Shown: positions 19,329 through 28,874 of the stretch, one piece after another | How positions within the stretch are numbered: position 1 is the stretch's first letter | Layout: each line of letters opens with the position of its first letter | Source of the DNA: Planctomycetota bacterium | GTDB taxonomy: Bacteria > Planctomycetota > PLA2 > JAEUHO01 | Assembly: GCA_965223505.1 (NCBI GenBank) | Contig: CBDCWP010000040.1 | Coordinates: 64,001 to 128,000, forward strand | Direction: 5' to 3' | DNA: 64,000 bases | Position numbers and translations under genes: made by a program | Notes under the pieces: model-generated | The model's database searches: none | Told to the model about the DNA's origin: nothing | The model's input: the letters and a program-made list of their open reading frames with translations, nothing else

Positions 19329-20318
19329 CTACGGTACCGGCACGGTGTCGAAGACGTTCTGGATCACGTCTTCCGACGAGATCCCCTCGGCCTCCGCCTC
19401 GTACGTCGTGATGACGCGATGCCGCAGCACCTCCATGCCGACGGACTTGATGTCGTGCGGCGACACGAACCCGCGTCCTTCGAGGAGCGCCCGGGCGCGC
19501 GCGGCGCGCACCAACGCGATCGACGCCCTCGGCGACGCGCCGTAGAGAATCAGCGGTTCCAGCTCGGGGAGCCTCGCGCGTTCGGGTTCGCGCGTGGCGA
19601 AGACGACATCGGAGACGTAGCCGAAGATCTTCTCGTCCACGTAGACCGCGTCGAGCAGCTCGCGTGCGGTCAGGATCGTCTCCGGCGACGCGACGGCCTT
19701 CGCAGTTGGACGCTTGGACGTGCTCACCATGCGCTCGATGATGAGCGGTTCTTCCTCCCGGCTCGGATACGGCACGACGACCTTCAACATGAACCGGTCG
19801 ATCTGCGCCTCGGGCAGCGGGTACGTCCCTTCGAGCTCCACCGGGTTCTGCGTCGCCAGCACGAGGAACGGCGCGGGCAACGGACGCGTCTCCCCGGCGA
19901 GGGTGACCTGGCGCTCCTCCATCGCTTCGAGCAGCGCGGACTGCACCTTCGCGGGCGCCCGGTTGATCTCGTCGGCGAGGACGAAGTTGCCGAAGATGGG
20001 CCCCTCGCGCACGGCCCACTCGCCGGTCTGCGGGTTGAAGACCTGCGTGCCGAGGAGATCGGAGGGCAGCAGGTCGGGCGTGAACTGGATTCGCCGGTAC
20101 GTCCCGGCGAACGCCGCCGCCATCGATTCGACGGCGAGCGACTTGGCGAGCCCGGGAAGGCCCTCGAGCAGCACGTGCCCGTCGGCGAGCAGACCGATCA
20201 GCATGCTGTCGATCAGCGGCTTCTGTCCGACGATGACCCGTTCGACCTCGTGGATCACGTCGCGCAAGAAAGTGCTCTCACGCTCGATGCGCTCGGTGAC
20301 GGCAGATACGTCGTTCAC
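19329..20318 (-). CDS. moxR: MoxR-family AAA+ ATPase
   Basis: HVLLEGLPGLAKS, RIQFTPDLLPSD, LADEINRAPAKVQSALLEAMEE, ATQNPVE.EGTYPLPEAQ.DRF. Confidence 0.96.
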   Translation of the reverse strand: MNDVSAVTERIERESTFLRDVIHEVERVIVGQKPLIDSMLIGLLADGHVLLEGLPGLAKSLAVESMAAAFAGTYRRIQFTPDLLPSDLLGTQVFNPQTGEWAVREGPIFGNFVLADEINRAPAKVQSALLEAMEERQVTLAGETRPLPAPFLVLATQNPVELEGTYPLPEAQIDRFMLKVVVPYPSREEEPLIIERMVSTSKRPTAKAVASPETILTARELLDAVYVDEKIFGYVSDVVFATREPERARLPELEPLILYGASPRASIALVRAARARALLEGRGFVSPHDIKSVGMEVLRHRVITTYEAEAEGISSEDVIQNVFDTVPVP

Positions 20319-20344
20319 AGGCCGCGGCCTCCCTCGTGGTTGGG

Positions 20345-22576
20345 CTAGCGACCGCCGGGCCCGAGGCCGATGTCCGGACGCAACAGTGCCGAGTCGAGCT
20401 CCGAGAGCGCGACCTCGACCTTCGCCGCGAGGTCCGCCTTCTCCGCCTTCTTCAGGCGCGCAAGGAGCATCTGCCCGGTCTCACCGGGCGTGAATCCCAT
20501 CGCGTCGCGCGTGCCCGCTGCGCTCGGGTCGCGCGCGAACGACTTCAGGATCTCCTTGGTGGCGAGCTCGTCGTCGTCGAGCTGGTACGCCATGCGCGCG
20601 ATCGCCGCGTGCGCCAGCGCGATGTGCCGGTCGCCGAATGCCTTGTGCGCCTCGTGGGCCTGAATCGCGTCCTCGTAGTGCATGATCGAGCGCTCGTAGC
20701 CCGCGATCGCCTTCTCGTATCGATTCGTGCGACGGTAGTACTCCGCGACCGTCAGCGACGCGAGGCTCGCGTAGGCCGACAGTCGGGCCGGATCCTCGAA
20801 CTCCTTGAGCAGCTCGGCGTAGTACGTCTCGAGCGCCTTCGCGCCGCGACGTCGCATCAAGCGTTCGCGCAGTGCCTTGTGCAGCTTCTCCGAGTCGCGG
20901 AAGCGCCCGATGCCCTCGTGCAGGATGCGCGTCGCGCGGTGATGCGCGCCGAGCCAGTCCATGAAGTCGTAGTGCCAGAACACCTGGTCGGCGGTGCCGA
21001 GCGGGTGGCGCTGCAGGATCGCGTACGCCGCGTGAAGGTCCGCCAGCCATCCCTGCGGCCAGTCCTCCTTCGCCTTCACCGCCTTCTTGATCGCCTTGAA
21101 GCGCGACTCCGCGAACACAGTGACGAGCGCCATCGAACGCCACGTGCTGTCGTCCGCCGGCAGGTCCTTCATGGCGACGTCGGCGCGCTTGTACGCTTCG
21201 GCCGCGTCGCCGGTGTAGTACGCCGCGAGCGCCAGAACGGAGTTGACGCGCCAGCCGGTGGCGCCGAGCTTCTCCGCCGCAAGCGCCTCGCGTTTCGCGT
21301 CGACGTACATCTGCCGCGTGATCTGGCGCGCGAGCCGCTGGTTGCTCACGTACTTGCGGGGCGCTTCGAACGCGAGCGCGAGACTGGACTCCGCCAGCTG
21401 CAATCGGGGTCCCGGGTCGTCGGGGTTCGACTCCGCGGCCTGCGCCTGGTACTCGGCCTGGGCGACGAGCTGCTCGTGCGTCGGCGTCGGGGCGACGCGC
21501 TTCGGCTTCTTCGACCACGCGGACGGATCGAGCTTGGACTTCTCGGCGAGGCCGGCGTGCAGGCCGGCGAGCCACTGGGCCAGCTCCGACTTGTCGCCGA
21601 GCCGCTTGAGCGCCGCGATGAGCGCGTCGCGCTCCGACGGCTCCATGGGCACCTGCATCGCCTCGGAAATGAGCTGTGTCGCGTGCGGCGTGTCGACCTT
21701 GGCGAGCGCCTGGCGGGCGGTCTTGCTCAGGTCGACGTCGAGACCGAAGATCGCGAGTCGCAGCAGATCGATCGGCGCGGCCTTCGGATTCTTGATCGCG
21801 GCTTCGAGCAGCTTGCGGCGGGTCTCGGCGTCGCCGCTCTGATACGCCGCCTCGACGGCCTGGCGGTCGGCCAGATGGCGGCTCGCGACGCGCTCCATGA
21901 TCGGACGGTCGCCGCGAACGATAAGCGGCTTGGCATCGGGGAACTTCGCGCGGCCGTCGATGATCGAGTCGAAGACGCCCGCCGTGTCGTTGATGTAGTA
22001 GACGTCGTACGCTTCGTTGCCTTCGACGTCGACCGCGATGTGCCGCGGCGCGACGCGCTGCCCGTCGCAGAACTTCTCGTAGATCGTCGGCTCGATGGCG
22101 ATGTGCTCGCCGCAGGTGACGCTGCCGAAGCGCGGGCAGAGGATGCGCTTGCCGTCGTCGTCGTAGTCGCGCGGCGTGTGCCGGTACACGGACGCGATGA
22201 CCGTCACGTACTGGCTGTAGAGCTCGGCGACCTCGGGCTGGCGGTAGCGCTTCCCCGCCCAGTGCTCGCTCGCGATCTCGCCGTCCATGTTGATGCAGAT
22301 GAGGATCGGCTTGCCGGTCTCCTTGGCGACGGCGATCGCGTCCTCCCAGGTGCGCTGGAAGGGGATCAGGCACGGGCTCGCCCAGTCTTCGGCTGTCGGC
22401 GCGGGCCACATGCCTTCGCGGCCGAGATTTTCGTCGACGCGGTTGCCGAGCTGCGGACGCGCCGGTTTCTTCCCGTCGTCCTTCTCGTCTTCTTCGGCGA
22501 CGAGCGGGGCAACGAACACCAGCGTCAAGACGGCGCACAGGGCGAACCGTGCGGCCCAGGCAAAGCGACGCGACAT
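20345..22576 (-). CDS. Secreted protein, thioredoxin-like N-terminal domain plus HEAT/TPR helices
   Basis: Start MSRRFAW at 22576; signal peptide; WEDAIAVAKETGKPILI thioredoxin-like start; helical repeats. Confidence 0.65.
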   Translation of the reverse strand: MSRRFAWAARFALCAVLTLVFVAPLVAEEDEKDDGKKPARPQLGNRVDENLGREGMWPAPTAEDWASPCLIPFQRTWEDAIAVAKETGKPILICINMDGEIASEHWAGKRYRQPEVAELYSQYVTVIASVYRHTPRDYDDDGKRILCPRFGSVTCGEHIAIEPTIYEKFCDGQRVAPRHIAVDVEGNEAYDVYYINDTAGVFDSIIDGRAKFPDAKPLIVRGDRPIMERVASRHLADRQAVEAAYQSGDAETRRKLLEAAIKNPKAAPIDLLRLAIFGLDVDLSKTARQALAKVDTPHATQLISEAMQVPMEPSERDALIAALKRLGDKSELAQWLAGLHAGLAEKSKLDPSAWSKKPKRVAPTPTHEQLVAQAEYQAQAAESNPDDPGPRLQLAESSLALAFEAPRKYVSNQRLARQITRQMYVDAKREALAAEKLGATGWRVNSVLALAAYYTGDAAEAYKRADVAMKDLPADDSTWRSMALVTVFAESRFKAIKKAVKAKEDWPQGWLADLHAAYAILQRHPLGTADQVFWHYDFMDWLGAHHRATRILHEGIGRFRDSEKLHKALRERLMRRRGAKALETYYAELLKEFEDPARLSAYASLASLTVAEYYRRTNRYEKAIAGYERSIMHYEDAIQAHEAHKAFGDRHIALAHAAIARMAYQLDDDELATKEILKSFARDPSAAGTRDAMGFTPGETGQMLLARLKKAEKADLAAKVEVALSELDSALLRPDIGLGPGGR

Positions 22577-22731
22577 GCAACCTCCGAGGCGCGGAACCAA
22601 CCGCCGCCAATGGTACCGCCCGGAGGGTGGCGCTGCCGGGGAAGTCGCGAGCCGGGCGGGATGAACGCCGATCTCACGCGCGGTGTATCGCGCAGGGGAC
22701 GGCGAGATCCGCGAATCCCCGGCGGCAGCGG

Positions 22732-25700
22732 TCAGTCGTCCTTCACGACGACCGCCGGAACGCCCTTCGCGGCCTCGTTGAACGCGGTCACCATCTTGGC
22801 CAGCACGGCGTCCAGCTCGTCGAGCTGCACCTTCACGCGTTCCTTCAGGCTCGCCAACACCGCCTTCGCGCTGTCGGTCGGCCGAAGGTCGCGATGGGTC
22901 TGACCGAGCAGCATCGTGAGCTTGTCGTTGAGCTTCACCGGGTAGTTGAGCGGATCCTGCGGCGACTTGCTCTTCGTCTGAATGAGCGCGTCTTCGATCG
23001 CCTGCAGCGCCTTCTTGAGCTCGTCGGCGGAGGGCTTGAGCTTCTTCGCGGCCTGGGCGTTGCGCGCACGCCGCATCGTCGCGCCGATCTGCCTGCGGAC
23101 GTCGCGGATGGTATTGATCGCCTTGTGAACGCGGTCGAGCGTCTCGTACACATCGTCGATGTACGCGGACGACGCCGCGATGTCCTCGTCGCTGATCTCC
23201 AGACGCGGGTCGCGGCGCACCTCGAGCGTGCCCTTGACGCTCGACCCCTCGCCGATCTTCAGCGTGACCGTGTACGTGCCGGGCAGCACCATCGGCCCGT
23301 TGCGAAGCCGCGGCCAACCGACGGCGCCGGGCACCTTGGTGGGCGCCTTGCGGCGCATGTTCCACATGTAGACGTTCATGCCGGACTTCGCCCGGATCTT
23401 CGACGAGGGAACGTCGTCGTCGTCCTCCTCCTCCGATGCGCCCGTCTTCTTGTCGTTCCGGCCGTCGTCGTCCTTCTCGGGCACGAGCTCGAACGCGTTC
23501 ATCGTCCGCCCGCGGGCGTCGACGAAGGACAGCGAGGCGCCGTCGAAGTCCGGCGGCAGGTTGAAGTGGATCCGCGCGCTGCCGCGAAGGGCCCGGTACG
23601 CCGGCGCCGGCTTGCACAGATACGCGCCCTTCGGCGCCACCGCCCCCACCTGGCGCAGGCGGCTCAGTCCGCTCAGGATCCAGAACGAGCGTCCTTGGGT
23701 CGAGACCACGAGGTCGTCGCCCTTGACGACGAGGTCGGTGATCGGCACGACCGGCAGATCGAGCTGCAGCGACTGCCAGTTCGCGCCCGCGTCGAACGAC
23801 ACGTACACGCCCGTCTCGGTGCCGGCGAAGAGCATGTCACGCCGCTCGGGGTCCTCGCGCACCGCGCGAACGAAGGCCTCCTTGCCGATGCCCTTCACGA
23901 CCGGCTCCCACGTCGCGCCGCGATCGCGCGTTCGAACCACGTACGGGCGGAAGTCGTCGCTCTTGTAGCGATTGACGGCGAGATACGCGACGTCGGCGTC
24001 GTGCGGCGACGCCTCGACGAGACTGATCAACGCGTTCTTCCCGAGGCCCTTCGGCGTGACCTTTTCCCAGTTCTTGCCTTCGTCGTCGGTGACGTGCACC
24101 AGGCCGTCGTCGGTGCCGACCCAGATGCGCCCCCTCTTCAGCGGCGACTCGGCGACGCTGAAGATCGTGCAGTAGTACTCGACGGTCGTGTTGTCCTGCG
24201 TGATCGGGCCGCCGCTCGACGCCTGCTTCTGCTTGTCGTTGGTCGTGAGGTCGGGGCTGATGACCTCGAAGCTCTGACCGCCGTTCGTCGTCTTGAAGAG
24301 CACCTCGCCGCCGACGTACACGACGTCGGGATCGTGCGGGGAGATGACGATCGGGAACGTCCACTGGAAGCGGTGCTTCAGCTCGGCGGCGCCGCCCCCG
24401 ATCGGATTTTCCGGCCACGGGCTGATCGGACGCGCAAGCCCCGTTTTGTGGTCGTAGCGCGTGAGCCAGCCGGCGTACGAGCCGGCGTAGATCACGTCGG
24501 GGTCGTCGGGTCGCGCCGCGATGTAGCCGCTCTCGCCGCCGCCGACGGCGTAGAAGTCCCGGCCGTTGAGCGCGTGGCTGGTGTGCGCGATCGACATCGT
24601 CGAGTTGTCCTGTTGCGCCCCGAGTACGCGATAGGGAAACCGGTTGTCGGTCGCGACGTGATAGAACTGCGCCGTGGGCTGGTTGTCCTGGCGCGACCAC
24701 GTCTGCCCGCCGTCGATCGAGACGTTCGCGCCGCCGTCGTTGCCCTCGATCATGCGTTGGTTGTCGTCGGGATCGATCCAAAGCGCGTGATTGTCGACGT
24801 GCGGCGTCGGGATCGCCTTGAAGCTCTTGCCCCCGTCGATCGACTTGTGGAATCGTACGTTGAGGACGTAGACGGTGTCCGCGGCCTGCGGATCGGCCTG
24901 GATGCGCGAGTAGTACCAGGCGCGCTGCCGCAGCTTGCGTTCCTGGTTCACGCGCGACCAGTTGTCGCCCCCGTCATCGGAACGAAACACGCCGCCGTCT
25001 TCGGCTTCGACGATCGCAAAGACGCGGTCCTGTCTTGCGGCGGAGGGCGAGACGCCGATCTTGCCCAGCACGCCCTTGGGCAGGCCCTTCTTCAGCTTCT
25101 CCCAGGTGTCGCCGCCGTCCTTGGAGCGCCAGAGCCCGCTGCCCTCGCCGCCGCTGTCGAGCCGCCAGGGTTTGCGGCGCACCTGCCAGAAGCCCGCGTA
25201 GACGATGCGCGGATTGAACGGATCCAGCGCGATGTCGACGGCGCCGGTGTCCTCGTTGACGAAGTGAACGCGCTTCCACGTCGCGCCGCCGTCCGTCGAG
25301 CGGAAGACGCCGCGCTGGATGTTGGGTCCGAAGACGTGTCCGAGCGCGGCCACGTAGACGACGTCCGGGTTCGTCGGGTGAATTGCGATGCGTCCGATCT
25401 GGCGCGAGTCGAACAGCCCCACGCGCTTCCACGTCTTGCCGGCGTCGGTCGACTTGTAGACCCCGTCGCCGTGGGAGAAGTTGCCGCGGATGTCGGGCTC
25501 GCCGGTGCCGGCGTAGACGACGTTCGGATCGCTCTGTGCCACGGCCACCCGCGCCGACGGACCCCGTCGTGAAGAACTTGTCGCTGACGTTCTTCCAGTG
25601 CGCGCCGGCGTCGGTCGTCTTCCACACGCCGCCGCCGCACGCGCCCATGTAGTAGGTGCGCCGGTCGCCGCGAACGCCGGCGACGCTGGACACGCGCCCG

Positions 25701-25834
25701 CCACGGGCCGGCCCGATGCAACGCCACGTCAGACCCGCGAACGCCGGCTCGGTCTTCTCCTCGGCCGCTTGGAGCGGAGCGTCGCCTAGGAGGAGGACGA
25801 AACCGACGAGGATGAGAACGTGAATGCGCGCCAT
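22732..25834 (-). CDS. BNR/Asp-box (VPS10-like) glycosyl-hydrolase-family protein, one frameshift near 25549
   Basis: WRCIGPARGGRV, many S.DGG.TW Asp-boxes; ORFs 24974..25834 and 22732..25704 join if one G is removed (..GSVGA|VAVAQSD). Confidence 0.85.
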
Positions 25835-25877
25835 GGGAACCGCCTTCCAGGGCGCGACAGGCTACCTCAATCGCGGC

Positions 25878-26354
25878 CTACGCGGGGCGATACGTCGCGT
25901 CCATGAGCGGCTGCCAGCTCTCGCCGTCCTGCGACATCGCCATCTCGAAGCGGGTCTCGGCGTCGCCGAACGTATAGCGGTAGCGATGGTGCCCCATCGG
26001 CGACGTGTTCGTGAACGTCAGCACGTCGTCTTCGAAGGTGCCCGTCGCGACGCCGCCCGCGCCTCCCATCGAGTCGAACCAGTACATGACGTACTGCTCG
26101 TTCGCGGGGTCCCAGCTATAAACGCCGTGCCCACGAAACGTGACGTCGTCACCGTCCTTCTGCTCGTAGTCCGACACCACGAAGAACCCCTCGAGAACGC
26201 GCGCGCTGATGCGACCGATGCGTTCCTTCGCCTCCGGACTCCACGGCGAGGGCAACATGCTTTCCTCGCCGACCCACTCGCCGGCGAGCTTCGACAGGTT
26301 CTCGTGCTGGACACCGGGGACGGGCATGTGCTGCGTGGTCATCTCTGCCTCCAT
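25878..26354 (-). CDS. DUF1579-like beta-barrel protein
   Basis: HENLSKLAGEWVGE, F.GHG..WD, YVMYWFDSMG, SQDGESW. Confidence 0.75.
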   Translation of the reverse strand: MEAEMTTQHMPVPGVQHENLSKLAGEWVGEESMLPSPWSPEAKERIGRISARVLEGFFVVSDYEQKDGDDVTFRGHGVYSWDPANEQYVMYWFDSMGGAGGVATGTFEDDVLTFTNTSPMGHHRYRYTFGDAETRFEMAMSQDGESWQPLMDATYRPA

Positions 26355-26410
26355 TCTTCAGGGGGCCCGATGTACCAAATTCGAAGCGTTCGTGGGGCGC
26401 CGGGCCGGGT

Positions 26411-28102
26411 CTACGGTCTCGGAAACGAGAATCGCACGGTCTGGCTGCTGCCGGTGAACCGGTGCAGCGGCCGACCCTGCCGGTCGACGAGGACAGCGCG
26501 CCCCGCGTCGCCGTGCGCCACGACGCGCAGGCGTGCCAGGTTCCAGTTGTCGCCGCCCATCCCGCCGCCGAGCGTCGTCCGGATCTCGATGGCCTGCAGG
26601 TCGGCGCGCGGAACACCGCCTGCGAGCGTGATCGTGATGTCGCGCGTCGTTCGGTCGGCGAGTCGCCGGCGGTTGTTGATCGAAGCGCGAACCGGGGCCC
26701 GGCCGCGGATGTGGACGTACGCGGTCGCGTTGTCGTTGCCGCCGCGCAGATCGTCGTTGCCGGTTCGCACCGACACCTCGAGGCGACGCACCAACGCCGT
26801 TCCCGCCGTCCCGCCCGTGCCCGTCGTTCCCGTGCTCGGCGTCGCCGCCGGGCCGACGATCTCCCACCACCTTCCGCGGCGCGGCGAGAAGTCCTGCATG
26901 CCGCGTCCGCCCTTCACGTACAGCAGTCGCGGCGCGCTCGAGCTGTGTGAAGTGACCTTGAGCCCGTCGAGATCCCACTGGTCCCTGCCCCCGCCCGCAT
27001 GGAACTCGATGCCGATCCGCCGAATGTCGCTTCGACGCGTCCCGCGCGGCATGTCGAGGTTGACCCGATGGCGCGAACGCGATGCGAGACCACCGCGCGG
27101 GTTCATGCTGCGCCGCACCGTCCCGCGCGAGGTCTCGACGATGGCGAGCGCGCGCGTGTCACCGCGCATGTCGTCGCTGCCGGTGAACAGCTCGAAGCGC
27201 ACCTGCCGGACCACCTCCGTCCCCGCGCGATTGTCGCGCTGCAGCCTGGCGTTGACGTTGTAGATTCCGCCGGACCCTTCGAAGGTGACCGTACGCGACT
27301 GGTTGCGCGGGTTCATGCGCAGGCTCTTGATCTTGATCGCGCCGCCGGGCAGACCGCTCTGCGTGCGTTCCGTAGGCCGCGCGACCTCGGAGAGCCCGGT
27401 CAGCGCGGGCACGATGAAGGCGTGCACCCCCACGATCTGGTCGGGATTGAAGGTCGAGCCCACCGTGAGCTGGAAGAGCAGCTTCAGCGCGTTGTCGGCG
27501 AGCAGCTCCCTGAGCATCGTCTCGATCTGCTGCTCGACCTCCGACGTATCGAAGGCCGTGCCTCCCAGCGCGCCGCGGACGATCCTGCCGGACTCGACGT
27601 GACGGACGAGGATCGTGCGGAACTTCGGAATCGCCTGATTGAGCAGGTCCTTGAAGACGTGCGGCGGCGTGTTGTTGTTGTCGATCGCGACGACGATCGC
27701 GCCGAGGACCTCGGAGGTCACGGCCGCGTTCCAGGTCGTGCGATCCGCCGCGTTGAAGCGCGCGATGTTCACGTTGCGCCACTCGATGCCGCCCATCCAG
27801 AACGGAATTTCCGCGGAGGCGCCTTGCTGCAGATGGCGGCTCGCGTGCACGCGGTGCCACGCCGGCTTCGAAACCCAGTCGTGCGGTTCGTTCTCGATGA
27901 CGCGCAGGCTCGTCGAGCCGCGGCGGTTGAGCGTGGAGCGGAAGGCGATGGTCGCGAAGTACGGCCGGTCGCCCGACGCTTCACGCTCCCGCACGACCTG
28001 GACCCGGTCGAGCAGGAGCCGGATGTCGTCGGCACCGGCATCGGACGCGATGGCGATCAGCGCGGCAGAGACGAGGACGAGAAGCAAGAGTGCGCGAGTC
28101 AT
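26411..28102 (-). CDS. Secreted hypothetical protein with two C-terminal PLAT-like repeats
   Basis: GGAGG RBS, signal peptide; repeats FTGSDDMRGD..GGRDQWDL and RTGNDDLRGG..GGDNWNL joined by a T/G linker. Confidence 0.7.
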   Translation of the reverse strand: MTRALLLLVLVSAALIAIASDAGADDIRLLLDRVQVVREREASGDRPYFATIAFRSTLNRRGSTSLRVIENEPHDWVSKPAWHRVHASRHLQQGASAEIPFWMGGIEWRNVNIARFNAADRTTWNAAVTSEVLGAIVVAIDNNNTPPHVFKDLLNQAIPKFRTILVRHVESGRIVRGALGGTAFDTSEVEQQIETMLRELLADNALKLLFQLTVGSTFNPDQIVGVHAFIVPALTGLSEVARPTERTQSGLPGGAIKIKSLRMNPRNQSRTVTFEGSGGIYNVNARLQRDNRAGTEVVRQVRFELFTGSDDMRGDTRALAIVETSRGTVRRSMNPRGGLASRSRHRVNLDMPRGTRRSDIRRIGIEFHAGGGRDQWDLDGLKVTSHSSSAPRLLYVKGGRGMQDFSPRRGRWWEIVGPAATPSTGTTGTGGTAGTALVRRLEVSVRTGNDDLRGGNDNATAYVHIRGRAPVRASINNRRRLADRTTRDITITLAGGVPRADLQAIEIRTTLGGGMGGDNWNLARLRVVAHGDAGRAVLVDRQGRPLHRFTGSSQTVRFSFPRP

Positions 28103-28229
28103 GGCGAGTACCTCCGTGGGCGGCCGGGACCACTCCGGAGGGGCGCCGAGCAGCGCGCTGCTGTAGACATCGAATCCGCATGTCTACGAACGGGGGCGGC
28201 CGGGCGCCCTCGAGGCGACGGAGGCGCCG

Positions 28230-28857
28230 CTAGCCGGTGAAGTCGTCCCCGACGAGCTCCCGCAGCCGCTTGAGAGCGCGAATGTAGCGCTTGCTGGCGG
28301 CGTGCTTGCCGAGCCCGAGCTCGTGCGCGACCTCCTCGTTGGACAGCTCTTCGAAATGCCGCATGCACAGCACCTCGCGATCCGTCTCACTGAGCTCACC
28401 GAGAAGAGCGACGATGCGTTCGCGAAGCTCCGTGCGCGCGGCGCCCCGCGTCGGCGTCGTGGTGTCCGCCGCGAGCATGTCCACCATCGCGACGACGCTG
28501 GCCTCCGGCATTCGCGCGTCGTCCGGCCGCTCCTGACGGCGCACGTCCCGGCGCTTGGCGTCGAGATGGAAGCGATGCGTCTTCATCAGGCGCTGTCCGG
28601 TGAGCCGCCGCAACCACACGAAGAAAGGTACGCGCGGATCGTCGACGTACTCGCCGATCCGGTTGGTCACTTCGACATAGGCGTCTTGGATGACATCCGA
28701 CGCGTCGACCCGCGCGCGCACCTGCGGGTGCATGCGCATGCGCACCATGCGAATCAACCGTCCGCGGTGACGCTGGGAGGAGGCCGTTGAGGACGGTCTC
28801 GCGGCCCGCCTCGCCGGCGGCAATCAGCCCTTCGTCGAACGTCACGTCTTCCGACAT
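28230..28857 (-). CDS. ECF RNA polymerase sigma factor (planctomycete type), frameshift at 28775-28777
   Basis: RARVDASDVIQDA, FFVWLR, DREVLCMRHFEELSNEEVA, ASKRYIRAL; N-terminus MSEDVTF is in another frame (one extra base in a 3-nt run). Confidence 0.85.
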
Positions 28858-28874
28858 GCGTGCAAGATACCCTG

